From NCBI RefSeq assembly GCF_009914755.1, contig NC_060925.1: a stretch of 64,000 nt of DNA, one strand, 5' to 3'. The notes under the pieces are model-generated. The model saw only the letters and a program-made list of their open reading frames with translations. It did no database searches and was not told the origin of the DNA. Numbering within the stretch: the stretch's first letter is position 1; the number at the start of each line of letters is the position of its first letter. The position numbers and the translations under genes were made by a program. Origin of the DNA: the human T2T-CHM13v2.0 reference genome, Homo sapiens. This document shows positions 1-14,058 of the stretch, in pieces.

Positions 1-329
1 GAGGAGGAGGAAGACTTGTGTTGGGAGTGAGGAACTTGGGCCCAGTGTGTACTTGAGGAAATCCATTTACCTTACAGTGGCCACAGAGTAGAGTATCTGT
101 GTGGATTTGGTCATAATCCCTTAGTAATTTGGTTTATTTACATATAGCCAAATTAATTTCTTCTTGGTTGAAAGTTGTCTTATAGAGCAGTCTTTATTAA
201 TTTTTAGCTAAGACTTAAATATAGTAGTGTTTAGTTTGTCATGCATTTTGCAAGTATATACTCACTTTGAAGAGAATTCATTTTAGAGCCCATTGATTGT
301 ACCATATGTTTTTTTATGTCTCATCTGTT

Positions 330-830
330 TTTTCAGCAGTATTTGAAATAATTGACTGCTCCTTTCTTCTGAAACACAGTACTTCCTTGGATTTGATAAC
401 TCAGTATCTGGTTTTTCTCCTGCCTCTCTGGGTGTCTTCTCTGATTGCTTTGTAAGATGATCCTTAACAATTGGCCATTATGTGGACTATTTGGAGTTCC
501 TTCTCCTCTTGCCCTATTTTTTCCTCTAGGAACCCTTCTCAATGCATTTGACTTCAGTTATTACCCATAAGCAGATGACTCCAGACCTTCTCTCTCTTCT
601 GAGCTCCAGACCCTATATCCATCTATTTTATATTTCTTCTTGTTATCTTGGAGCTAAACTCATTATCTTATTTCTTCTTTCAGTGATTCCATTCAGTGTC
701 TGGCGTACCAACTCGCTTAGTTGTACCAAAATGGAGATGTTGTCCTTGACACCTTTCTCCCCAACCTCGACATATCTAGTTGATCATTAGATTTTTGTGG
801 ATTTTATCCACTTAGTATCTCTGGAGTCAT
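330..830 (+). mobile_element. Old LINE-2 fragment
   Basis: Degenerate pyrimidine-rich L2-like motifs (tctggtttttctcctgcctctctgg; gactccagacct...gagctccagacc). Confidence 0.5.
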
Positions 831-1045
831 ATAACCCAGGTTTGAATGCTAGTTGCTCCCTTCTAGCTCTATGGATTTGGCAAGTTACTAGGTGGTTTTC
901 TCTTTTAGGCTAAATAACCCCAGCTTCTTCAGTAATTTACTTATTTGATATGGCTTTGTGTTCATCAGTTTCTTTTTCAGGAGTATAACGTCACTGTTTT
1001 AATTAAAGGAAAGCCCATGTTTGGGGCCTTAAAGTTAAAAGGATG

Positions 1046-1355
<310 letters not shown>

Positions 1356-1424
1356 AAAAGATGATTTTAAAGATGGTCAAATAACATATGTCTATTTGTA
1401 TGTAATACAATTTATGTCATTTAA

Positions 1425-1514
<90 letters not shown>

Positions 1515-1946
1515 TAGTGTGTTCAATAGGACTAATTTGTACTGGATTGTGAAAATTGATACGTTCTTCTAGGAGCCTCATGGTTCCTTGATAATTAATT
1601 TTTTCATTCATATTTCCATGTTATTTCACCTTGTGCTGTGCAAAAATAAGTCTTATAGAAAACCTGTTTTCTATGTTTTTATTCATCTTCTGGTCTTTAA
1701 ATTGTGTTAACAGATGAGTTCAAGAGATTGCTAAGTACTCTTCCTAGACCTGTTGTCCAGCTTTGATCCATGGAATACTTCGGCGCTTCATGGCTCACTA
1801 TCTGGTTTTCTTATTTCAGACTTGGCACCAACAATGTCTTGTGATGTTTTTGCCAAAGTAAATGAGTGTTATAACTACTTTGTGAAGGTTTGGTTTTATT
1901 CTCATTCCATTTGTGGTGGAATGAAATTCTTAAAAATTTTAAATTA

Positions 1947-2597
1947 GACAGACACAGTGATGTGCACCTATAGTCCCAGCTACTCAGGAGGCTAAGGTGG
2001 GAGGATTTCTTGAGCCCAGGAGTTTGAGTTCAGCCTGGGCAACATAGTGAGACCCCTATCTCTCAAAAAAATTAAAAATTAAATCAATACAATTCCAAAT
2101 TATGTGTTACACATTTTGGCCTGCTTCACAGACTAATAGTTCTAAGAATCACATTGATTGAGTGAGTGAGTGATTGACAGTGTCTCCTTCTGTTGCCCAG
2201 GCTGGAGTGCAGTGGCGCATTCACAGCTTACCTCAGCCTTGATCTGCCAGGCACCATCATGCATGGCTAATTCTTTGTTTTTTTGTAGAGTCAGGGTCTT
2301 TACAGTGATTTATTTATTTTTTGAGATCTGATCTAGCCTGGGCTAGAGCGTACAGGTACAGTCATAGCTCCCTGTAGCTAGGAACTCCTGGGCTCAGGTG
2401 ATCCTCCTTCCTCAGCCCCCCAAGTAACTAGGACTATGGGCATGCACCATCATACATGGCTAATTTTTTGTTTTTTATAGAGACAGGGTCTTGCTGTGTT
2501 TCCCAGGCTGGTCTTGAACTCCTGGCCTCAAGTGATCCTATCACTTCAGTCTCCCAAAGCCACTAAGATTGTGTGCATCAGCCACCGTGCCCAGCCT
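1947..2597. mobile_element. Alu cluster: + monomer (FLAM-like, ~1947-2080) and - AluJ pieces (~2175-2597)
   Basis: Alu consensus motifs. Confidence 0.8.
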
Positions 2598-2722
2598 TAG
2601 AATTACTTTTTTAAAGGAGTCACATGACTTGAAGCTTAATGGTTTTAAGGACTTCATGATGGAGAAATGGAAGAGTTAGAAGAATATTGTTTAAACTGCT
2701 GAAAATAAAACCGTGTTTTTAA

Positions 2723-2851
<129 letters not shown>

Positions 2852-3541
2852 TGATAAATTTTACATTTTTAAGTTACGGTTTCAGGACTGTATTTTATAT
2901 CTATGATGACGTTAGGATTTTATTTTGATTCATAAGACTATATTTAAAAATATTTCCAAGTTTATCTTCTTATAAGTCAAGTTAAATATAATAAATAAAT
3001 AATAAAAAATATAGTCTCTTAATAAATGTGCATTTCCCTTAATTTCTAGTTTGATAGCTACTTAGTAAAAGATACTGGATTTCCAATTTAAAAAAAAGAA
3101 TAAAACAGTACAATTTGTTAAAAATGAGAGGAGTTCATTCTGAGGTTTTTCTCTCATTGACCCATTCTTTATGTTGTCAATAGTTGATTTTTTAATGCTT
3201 TAATCATTTTTTCAAAAGGAGACTTAAGACTACAAGGTTAGAGGTTAAGGGAAATAGCTTATATGCAGAATGTGTCCTAATGTAATTATGAAGTAAATGA
3301 AGCAGATTATTAACAAATTAACTAAGAATCACAGATACTGAAACACATGCCTGAGGTAATGAGAAAATAAATCTTAAGATAGTGGATTTGATTTATAAAT
3401 GTTCGACACTGAATTTGAATTCATAAGTTTCAGATATTTGTTAATTTATTTTCAGGTAGTTTCCATATTTTGAAAATAACTCTCTGTATTTTTTACTTTG
3501 TAAGCTATTATGTTAAGAACCTAGAGGTTTTCATGAAATAA

Positions 3542-3724
<183 letters not shown>

Positions 3725-5142
3725 TGAGTTTAGAGGCTTGACCTATTGGAAATATGGTAAGCAAATTATCTGTTGCAAATTAAAGAATTATACAACTTGA
3801 ACTAAGCTAAATTGATTTGTATAATACTCAGAGTATTTTGGATAGTGTTATTTATATTTTTAAAAAGCTTTTTTTTTTAATGAATGCTTTGAAAAGTACT
3901 CTGTGAGGAGGGTTTTAGAGTATTTCTTTTCCTGACTGATATTTTCAGATCATTATTTCTTGTAGTTAGCTCTCAAATTTGGGGCCTTCATGGACATATC
4001 CTTTGTTAGGAGGCAGTTATTTTTGATGGTGGAACAGAGTGAATTCCCTGTTTTTGATAAAGAAAAAAAGCTGCTTCTCAGGCAGGAACCATCTTTTAGA
4101 AGCCAAGATACTGGTTTTTTTCCTGTTAGTCCTAGAGAGAGAAATGGAAACAGGAGGAGCAATAAGGGATAATGGCACACAGTAGGAAAAAGAGCATCAT
4201 ATTAGGATGCTACTATTCAAGCTATTTTCATGAATAATTTTTGAAATCTAATGATCTTCTAATGGCTTTGAACTGCTAATTTTTTAAAAGAGTATGGGGA
4301 AATTGAAATTAAATATTTTCCTGATATACTATTATTAAAAATTTTATATATTTAGAAAACATCTTTGTGCACTTTGTACATTTTGTATTAAAAAATACAA
4401 TAAGGAATAATAGGACCATTTTGATTCCTACCCATGAGGAGTTTGTAATCTAGTATGTAGGTTTTTGTTTTGTTTGCATTTTTGTTTGTTTGTTTGGAGT
4501 TCCAGAGTACTCTTACATTATTTATAATCATTAAATTATCGCTACAACTCAGCCATACTTGAAAATCCCTCGTCAGCAGTGATAAACCTGGGCCTATTTA
4601 GGGATAAAAGGTATTGTGAACAGGCTATGTTCAGTATGGACTCTCTGCCCCTGGGCATGGGGGTGCACTGGAGAACCATTTGTCAGAAAAATTATCCATC
4701 AGATTTTTCCCCGCTAACTTTGGGGATCAGGGTGTAAGAGTCAGATTACAGTGGTAGAAAGTTGGTGTTTAAATAGTGTTGGGATTTGTGAACAAATATT
4801 TTCTATATGGGTGGCCCTGTACATTAAAAGGTATTATAGACAACTGGATAGAGTGGTACCTGTGACTAAATTTATCTTCCAACTGTCAAGACTGTTTTAT
4901 ATCACATCATTTAATTCTGTGTCGTTTAGTTATATGACATTTAATTATATGTCATTTGTTGCCTGCTTCTCCTTCAAATAGTCTTCAAGTTAAACTTCAT
5001 TTGTTCTTTGTGCCCATAGTACTGTTGATTGCATTCCATGTAAACTCTACATCTTTATTTTTAAATTATAGAAGACAGAGCCGTGGTATGGTACTATGCC
5101 AGGTTTGTGGTTAAAACAGAATTGATGATTTTGGCTACTTAA

Positions 5143-5241
<99 letters not shown>

Positions 5242-5471
5242 TAGCTATTGGTTTGTGCTATATAGTACATGGTCTAAGACTCATAAAAGAAATTTAAAGC
5301 CAGAGATGCTATTTTAAAATGTATTGGTTTAGAATAGTCATCTTCCGTTTAGTGAGAGGTATAGCAGTATGTGGAAAATGTAAATTGTACATATCTTTTG
5401 ACCTAGAGTACCTTTTTCTAGTTCTAGGAAATTATCATATGAAGATAAGTAGATAATGTTGTGTTTGAAGC

Positions 5472-6320
<849 letters not shown>

Positions 6321-6665
6321 TGGTATTGTTTTTCATAGCAGAACATTAGAAACCACAGATTAGAATATTATACGATGAGAAATATACAGCCACTAAAAAT
6401 CATGTAGCTCCGTATTAGCGTAAAACGATGTCCACAATATATTGCTAAGTTGAAAAGATATTATAAAACAATACGTATTATGATACTTTTTTGTGTGGGT
6501 CTGTAATTTTATACACTTAAAATCTAGAAGAATCTGTAATGTTAATTAGTGGGATTATAGGTAATTTTTTTGCCTTCATGTTTGTCTTACATATTTTTAC
6601 TTAGAGTGCTTTTTTTTTTGAGAAATAATTACATACTGTAAGCTTTTGAGCTTTTTATATTTTGA

Positions 6666-6884
<219 letters not shown>

Positions 6885-9323
6885 TGAAAACAATTTTAGG
6901 AGAATGGTATGGATGAGCATATACATATATACACATATAGAGGTGTATATATATATAAACTGAGGGTAGAGATGATGTGATGTTATTCTGGTTGTTTCTT
7001 AACTCGAGCTATGTAGGAAAGGATTATTGTATATATACACATTTACCTGTCTGTTTAACATTTATCTTTAGATATTTAATGAAGGCTAGCTAGACAGTTA
7101 ATCTTTTTATTTGGCTGTGGCCACTTACTCCAAGGGACTTATGGAATTGAAACCTGATTCTTCGGTTTTTTTTGTATTGTGCCTTCCATCACGTGCTTTA
7201 GCTCCATGTGTTCTTTATGACTTCAGTTCTGTGTTCATAGGCTAACATTTTTGATGGGCTAATAGCCAAATGGTGGTACTTACTCACATGCTTAGATAGG
7301 CTAAAGTATTTATTGACCAGAGGCATAGGAGCTTCCTATACTTAGTATGACAATAGCATGAAAGTGATGAATGGTATGGGGAATTGCACAGTTTAATGAC
7401 TGTAAGATAAGCTTAGATTACATAAGTCAGTCCTAATTTTTTACAAGTGAGTGAAATTCAAAAGTTTGTATTTAGCAAAATTTTACTGACTGCCTTTATC
7501 AAAATGAGAGCCCACACTTCTCAGGATATAAGTACATATTGTCTTTATATTTGGGGGAAATGGTGATTTCCTATGTATACGGTGGGTTTAGCTATTCTTA
7601 CTAAAAGTAGTAGGATCCCAACTCGTGAATTTTGTGTGATATGTCTCAAGGAACATCCTCACTTACTCCTATCTACCTTAAGGCTTTATGGGGTTCATAT
7701 CAGAGAAGGACAGACTCTCAGGGAATGCTTTGGTTTCCATCCCCACCATCATGGTCCAAATTTCCCACCAGGGCTTGGGTGGGGTGGATAACAGGAGGCT
7801 TCTTGCAGAATAAACTGAGCAGAATGAGAGAGAAAGGATGAAATAGAGATGAACTCAACAATTGAGTAAACTTCTCTTACTCTACCAAGATCTGTAAAGG
7901 ATATAGAGATGAATAAGGTAGTCCCTGCTATAGTGGTGCTTGTAGAGAAATAATTCTTTTTTCCCAACTTTTTATTATGGAAATTTAAAAACACGGACTG
8001 AAGTAGAAAGAGTACTATAGTGAACCTCTGTTTTCCCAATCTTGTTTTATCTGTCCCATTCCTGCACTTTTGAGTCCAGGGGAAGTCTGGAGTATTTTAA
8101 AGCAGATCACAAACATATCATCCATAAATATATTAATACCAGTAACATAAAGTGAAAGCCAAGGATTAGATAGAAGAACAAATTGCTATGGAAGAACCAA
8201 GGTGGCAAGAGGGTGTATGAAGGTGTAAGGGAAAGGACACTAAGAGATCTGGAGGGAAGGAGAGCATTTGTAAATGGCAAATCAGGATTTCAACATGTGT
8301 TTATGGAAGGGAAAAGCATTGCTGGCAGAGGAGGTTTAAGTCTTAAGTAGAGAAGTCTGTAAAGGAGGGTAGGATTATACCAGCGAGGGTAGGAAGATAG
8401 AAAGTTTAGGGTGGGGCCATGTGGTGGTGGATGTTACTTGCTAGGCTTGATTGTAGGTTGGAACTTGAGAGGTTTGAGAACAGGGGAAATGACACGATTA
8501 AGTCAGTGTTAAAAGTATAATATTAATAGTAGGCAATAAGTACAGAATTGAGGTGAGGGGAGGGAAGCAAGTCTCCAGAGTGGCTATTACCGTCCTCAAG
8601 AAGTGATAAGAGTCCACAGTAAAGATTAATCACTGATCATTGAGACGCCATCTTTTTCTTTAGACTTTTCTGAATGTAGAGCAGGTTGATTAAGTCTTTC
8701 TAACGTAAAGAGAGAACTTTTTTCTAGTAGAGATATCCAGAGAAATGGACTGCTTTCTTGGTATTAGATGAGCTTTAGCGCATTTTTTAAAACATTTGTT
8801 TCTGTACCACTGTTGTCCTCAGGTGGGGCCTGCACTGGCTGCCAGTCTGTGAACTGTCAATTACCAGTGTGGAATGAGATAAAGAAATTACACCACTAAC
8901 CACACTGTTAATTCAGATGGTGACTTTTTTTTTTCCTGGTAGCAAAACTCTCAGTGAAGAAAGTGGTGCGTTGATTTATCCACATCTTACCAGGACCAGC
9001 CCTTTGAGTAGCACTATAAACAGTTGTTAACCTCATGTGTGGTTTTTAGCATTTTGAATGCAGGGATATTTTTCCCAACGAAATTGGTAGTTGTCATTCA
9101 ACTCTGATCTGTATAGGATTTTTCTAAGTTGATACATTTGTATTTGGTGCAGTAGCCAAGTGATAAGGAAGATTTTAAACCATTCTCAAATTTGGGAAGG
9201 GATTCTTTGCAGCTTTGAGTTATGCTTGCCTTAGTTAATCAAACATAAGGCATGCTAATATTTCTGTACTGCTGTCTCCAGTAGTCTGTCTCAGAGCAAG
9301 AATGGAAAACTGTTGACTAATAA

Positions 9324-9649
<326 letters not shown>

Positions 9650-10865
9650 TAAAGGACAAGTACAAAGAGCCCCACTAATTTATGCTTATAATTACAAATA
9701 CATTTGATGGCTTTAGAAATCTAAAGAGATAGGTCAGTAGCTTTATTCTCTTATTGCAGGAGAAGAAACTAAAGCTCACACACGTGTTTGCCTAAGGTTA
9801 TCATAATCAGTAAGTTGAAGAGCCAGAATCCATTGCCTGGTGTTCTTGTTCAGATTCCCATACTTGTTTGACTACACCTGGCTGACATTTCAGGGAAGAT
9901 GGGGTGAGGTTAGTGTATGCACCTCTTTCTAACTGCCTGTGTGACGACATCAGCTGAGTCTCCTTCTCTGAGAGCTTTGTTGTAGTTACTCTAGGAGCCA
10001 GCAAGGCCTACCTAAAGTAAAAATTCATTCAGTCATTGATTTTTCTTTAGTAAACTTGGATGAAATGGGGTTCTGTTTCTCCATGCTTTGTGGACAGCTT
10101 CAGTCAAAAAACGTAACTTGTTGGTTCTGTTGTTAGTATGTAGAAATTAATGATGTCATCCTGTAGAAGGCCAGAAAGTTACTCAGAGTTATATCACTAG
10201 TAATAGTGTCTTAAGGACATATCTCCATACCCAGACATTTTGCTGCTGTAGGAAAAGAAATCATGTAGCAAGTGATTTTTATTTTATGTCATTGTTTTAA
10301 TCACAATCACAAGAATCCCTCAAAAAGTTTACCTCTCTGTTCTCTCTCCTACATTTGTAGCTAGTATATTGAGTTTCTGTGCTTGTTTTTGACAAGGGAC
10401 GTTTATTTTATGGCTTTGGATGACCACAACAAAGTCTTCCTTAGTAAAGATATTAATATGAGAGATATAATATAAAGATATAATATAGGGATACTAAGCA
10501 TATCCCTCTAAATAGAAGGGATCTCCACTACCTTAAGCCTATAAAACAGTCAGAGCTAGTATAGCAGCTGCCTTCAGTTGATTGGTGATGGAGTTATACT
10601 CTGACCTATGCTGTCATCAGTAATAGCTTTAATTGGACATGCGGAAGGTTGGGAAATAGGGTAATTCATATTTCAGGGAACATTTTGCTGGTCTCTGCTG
10701 AGGGGACTGAAAGCACAATTGGTGGGGGAGACAGAGGAAATGGCTCTGAATATTTTCTGCATCTCCTGTACATCAGGCAGTAACTCATGGGCTTTACTTT
10801 TTTTTTTTCTTTTTTTGGAGTAATGAAAGGGTATCTTAATCAAATTCCCACAGTGCTGTAGCATT

Positions 10866-10920
10866 GGGGGGGGGGGGGTGTGGTGTGGGGTGGGGGTGTG
10901 TGTGTGTGTGTGTGTGTGTG
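10866..10920 (+). repeat. G13 run, G-rich spacer and (TG)12 microsatellite
   Basis: Read directly. Confidence 0.95.
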
Positions 10921-11557
10921 TACCAGCTGAGATCCACAGGTTCCAGTAACTGCTTTGAGAAACTGAGCCTTGATTGCTTCTTGAGAATGGTTCAGCTGTT
11001 AAGAGAAAGAATGACAGACAGCATGTGAAAAGTAATGGGTGTCAGGTCTCTTACAAACACCGTTAACTATAGGTGTATTAGGTATCTATCGTAACTTTGC
11101 CGGTTTTCATTTGTGTTCTTATACAGTGGTGCTTAGGTTAGTATGCTTTTGACACAGGTCTGTTGGCCTTCTTGGTTTTCTTCCTTTGAACAAACATCTT
11201 CAATATCTTTATGACAGTCTTTCTCTGCCCTTTGAAATCATTACTGCCAATCCATGCTTATTTATAAATGTAAAAATCTCATGCCTTCCTTTAATGGTCC
11301 TGAAGTTGCAAATAGTTTTTGCCCCCTTAATTATAGTTATAATACTGACTTTGCTTTTCCAAACTATATTAATTTATTCATTTAACAAGAATTTACTGGG
11401 CACCTCTACTATATGCTAAAAACTGCTAGAGAGAACTACTTAGACATGTTGTGTGTGCCTTTTCCATACACACTAATCACTGCTTTAAGGAAGTCAAAAA
11501 GATTCCTTATGGGGTGGGAGTGGGGGGAAGACAACAGTCTCTATAGAATCACATTGA

Positions 11558-11855
11558 TTATTTTTGTTTTTGGAGACAGATCTTGCAGTGTTGCCCAGGC
11601 TGAAGTGCAGTGGCACAAACATGGCTCACTGTTGCCTTGCCCTCCTGGGCTAAAGTGATTCTCCCCCTCAGCCTCGTGAGTAGCTGGGACCACAGGCACA
11701 CACCCCTACACCTGGCTAATTTAAAATAATTTTTTGTAGAAATGGAGTCTCACTATATTGCCCAGGCTGGTCTCAAACTCCTGGGCTCAAGTGATCCTCC
11801 TGCTTCAGCCTCCCACGGTGCTGGGATTTATAGATGTGAGCCACTGCTCCCAGCC
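11558..11855 (-). mobile_element. AluJ-like with TSD tagaatcacattga
   Basis: Both arms; flanking duplication. Confidence 0.9.
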
Positions 11856-13381
11856 TAGAATCACATTGAATTTTATTTGGATTAAGGATATATTCGCCCT
11901 ATGGGGATAATAGCTATATCTCATTTCCCTTGGCTGTTGAGGAGAATCTGAATTAGAGACTCTTCAGAAGTAAATTTCTTCTTCTAGGTTTTACCAAATG
12001 AACTAATCTTAATCTTCTGCTTTACCATAATTCTAGAAGTGCTCGATGGCATGGGATGGGGAGGTGGAGATTGACTGTGGCCTCCACTGGCCAGATTTGG
12101 CCATTACTGCCTTTTTCTGATTCTTTCTGGGGATTTCTCTGGCTAAATCTCAGAACTTTGATTACCTAGCGTACATTGCTGCATTTAACTCCATTCTGCT
12201 CTGCTGCTGTAGAGTTTGTGAAGACTGGAAGTAAGATAGGTGTACAATGTTTCTGAAGACCTAAAGAGCTTGTTAGAATGATACCAGAGGTAGAAAGAAC
12301 TAAAGAGAGCTGTCCTCCTTCGAGATTACTTCTTGCAGGATTGGGGACCTTGTCCAGAAAGTTGTTTGGCTTTCCCACATTCTGCATGGGCGAGACACAC
12401 AGGCTTCCCTTCCCCTGGACACATTTAGAGACAGTCCATATAATCTACAGGACCAAGACAATCAGGATTGAACCTATTTGGAATAGTGAGACTCTTCAAA
12501 TCCTGTTAGTCTTGAAGGAACTATTTACCTGGAGCCTTTCATAGAGAAATAAATGGCTTCAAAAAGTCAATCAAAATCTGTTTAAAGTGATGTCCATTTT
12601 GTTTGCTTCTTAGAACGCTCTTAACATTATTGGTCCTTTCCCCAAAAATGTTTCTTAGTTTGCTGTTACAAGTTCTCACTGTGTTGCAGGGTAGAAATCC
12701 ACCTGCCTTCTAATGTGGTACTTAAAACCCATTGTAATCATTCGTTGAGTTTCTTTCTCAGGATACAAGTTAAGGATCTAGATTAGAATAGTCAGGTAAG
12801 ATTTAAATTATTGTGACCTATGTTTAGCGATTGCCAATATTTCAATTCCATTTTGTTGTTATTGTTCCATAATAATTTGTAGAACTAATAGAATCCAAGG
12901 ATTCTCATCAAGGGGAAATAAATGACTTAAAGTATGGGTAGTTTGGGTTTGTTGGGATAGTCATTTGTTAGTTTTATTGTCTGGATATGTCAAATAGAAT
13001 ATTTCTAACTAGCTTGTTTTTAGAAATGATCCTGTTTTAAAGGTATTAAAAAGCACATTTTGGTTTTCTCCCAGTCAGTATTGATTTCCTAAGGGACAAG
13101 TATTTTATGTATTATTTTCCAAATATTCCTTTAATTTCAAAGTGAAATCTTAATGTTAGTGGGGAAAAAAAGCCAGGTTTCAAAGCTATCCCTGGCTGCA
13201 CTTGCAACATTCCTGTAATTGCTTAACTAGGTGGAAATGGATGGGGCCTGGTGGCTGACAATCTCACATAATCTCATACAACTGAGCCTCGGGTTAGAAT
13301 GGTGTACCGGAGATGCAGTCCTGTCATCTGGTGTCAGTCAAATGTGGCAGCAATCTTTTGGTTTGGTTTTTGTTTGTTTGA

Positions 13382-13409
13382 TTTTGTTGTTGTTGTTGTT
13401 GTTGTTGTT
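13382..13409 (+). repeat. (TTG)n microsatellite upstream of E8a
   Basis: Read directly. Confidence 0.9.
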
Positions 13410-13725
13410 ACTGTTCTGTGTTTTTCCTTTCCTCTTTTGAGTTTTGCTTTATTCCTCACTGCTTTCTGACACTTCCCCCTCACTCCCCTGTCTTTTGTTA
13501 ACTGCCTTTCTTTTGGCCATTTCTGTGCCTTGACTTTCCCATTTGGTCTCTGTACAATCTGTTCCTTATTTCTCTGGTGGTTGCAGCTTCTGAGCTAACA
13601 GAATGCTTCTGTCATGCTATGTGTTTAAAGCCTTGATTTTATTGCTGTCATACAAAACTAAACTTGATGTGGCTGTTGGGCTGTTATTTACAGTTTATTT
13701 CTCTCTCTGCTGCACTGGTTAAAAG

Positions 13726-13737
13726 GACACTGTCAAG
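13726..13737 (+). CDS. KDM1A: KDM1A neuronal microexon E8a (GAC ACT GTC AAG = DTVK; neuroLSD1)
   Basis: aaaag|GACACTGTCAAG|gtattt; encodes the known DTVK insert after A369; upstream CU tract and TGCTGC (13708-13713). Confidence 0.95.
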
Positions 13738-14037
13738 GTATTTTTTTCATAATTTTTCAAATCATTTTCCTCACTGTTTACAATAACCCATTAAAAGCTT
13801 GAAACCTAAATCTTTTCCTTTCAAAGATCCTCTCCATCATACATTCACACTGGTTTGTTGTTGTAGAGTTGCGCCTATATGTTGGGCTGGTGCCATTTGA
13901 GTTTTTGTCATTGAAAGCACGTGTAAAACATTAGGTTTTTTGTGGGTGGTGTGGGTGGACTAAGGGGGAAAGTGTAATGAATCCAGTGGGCTGCTCAGCA
14001 AACAGAGGGAAGAAACAGGTCAAATTTGGTCCCTCTA

Positions 14038-14058
14038 ACCTTGACAGTGTCCCTTTAA
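14038..14058 (+). promoter_or_regulatory. Intronic element complementary to E8a and both of its splice sites
   Basis: ACCTTGACAGTGTCCCTTTAA pairs 20/21 with TTAAAAGGACACTGTCAAGGT (13719-13739). Confidence 0.85.
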
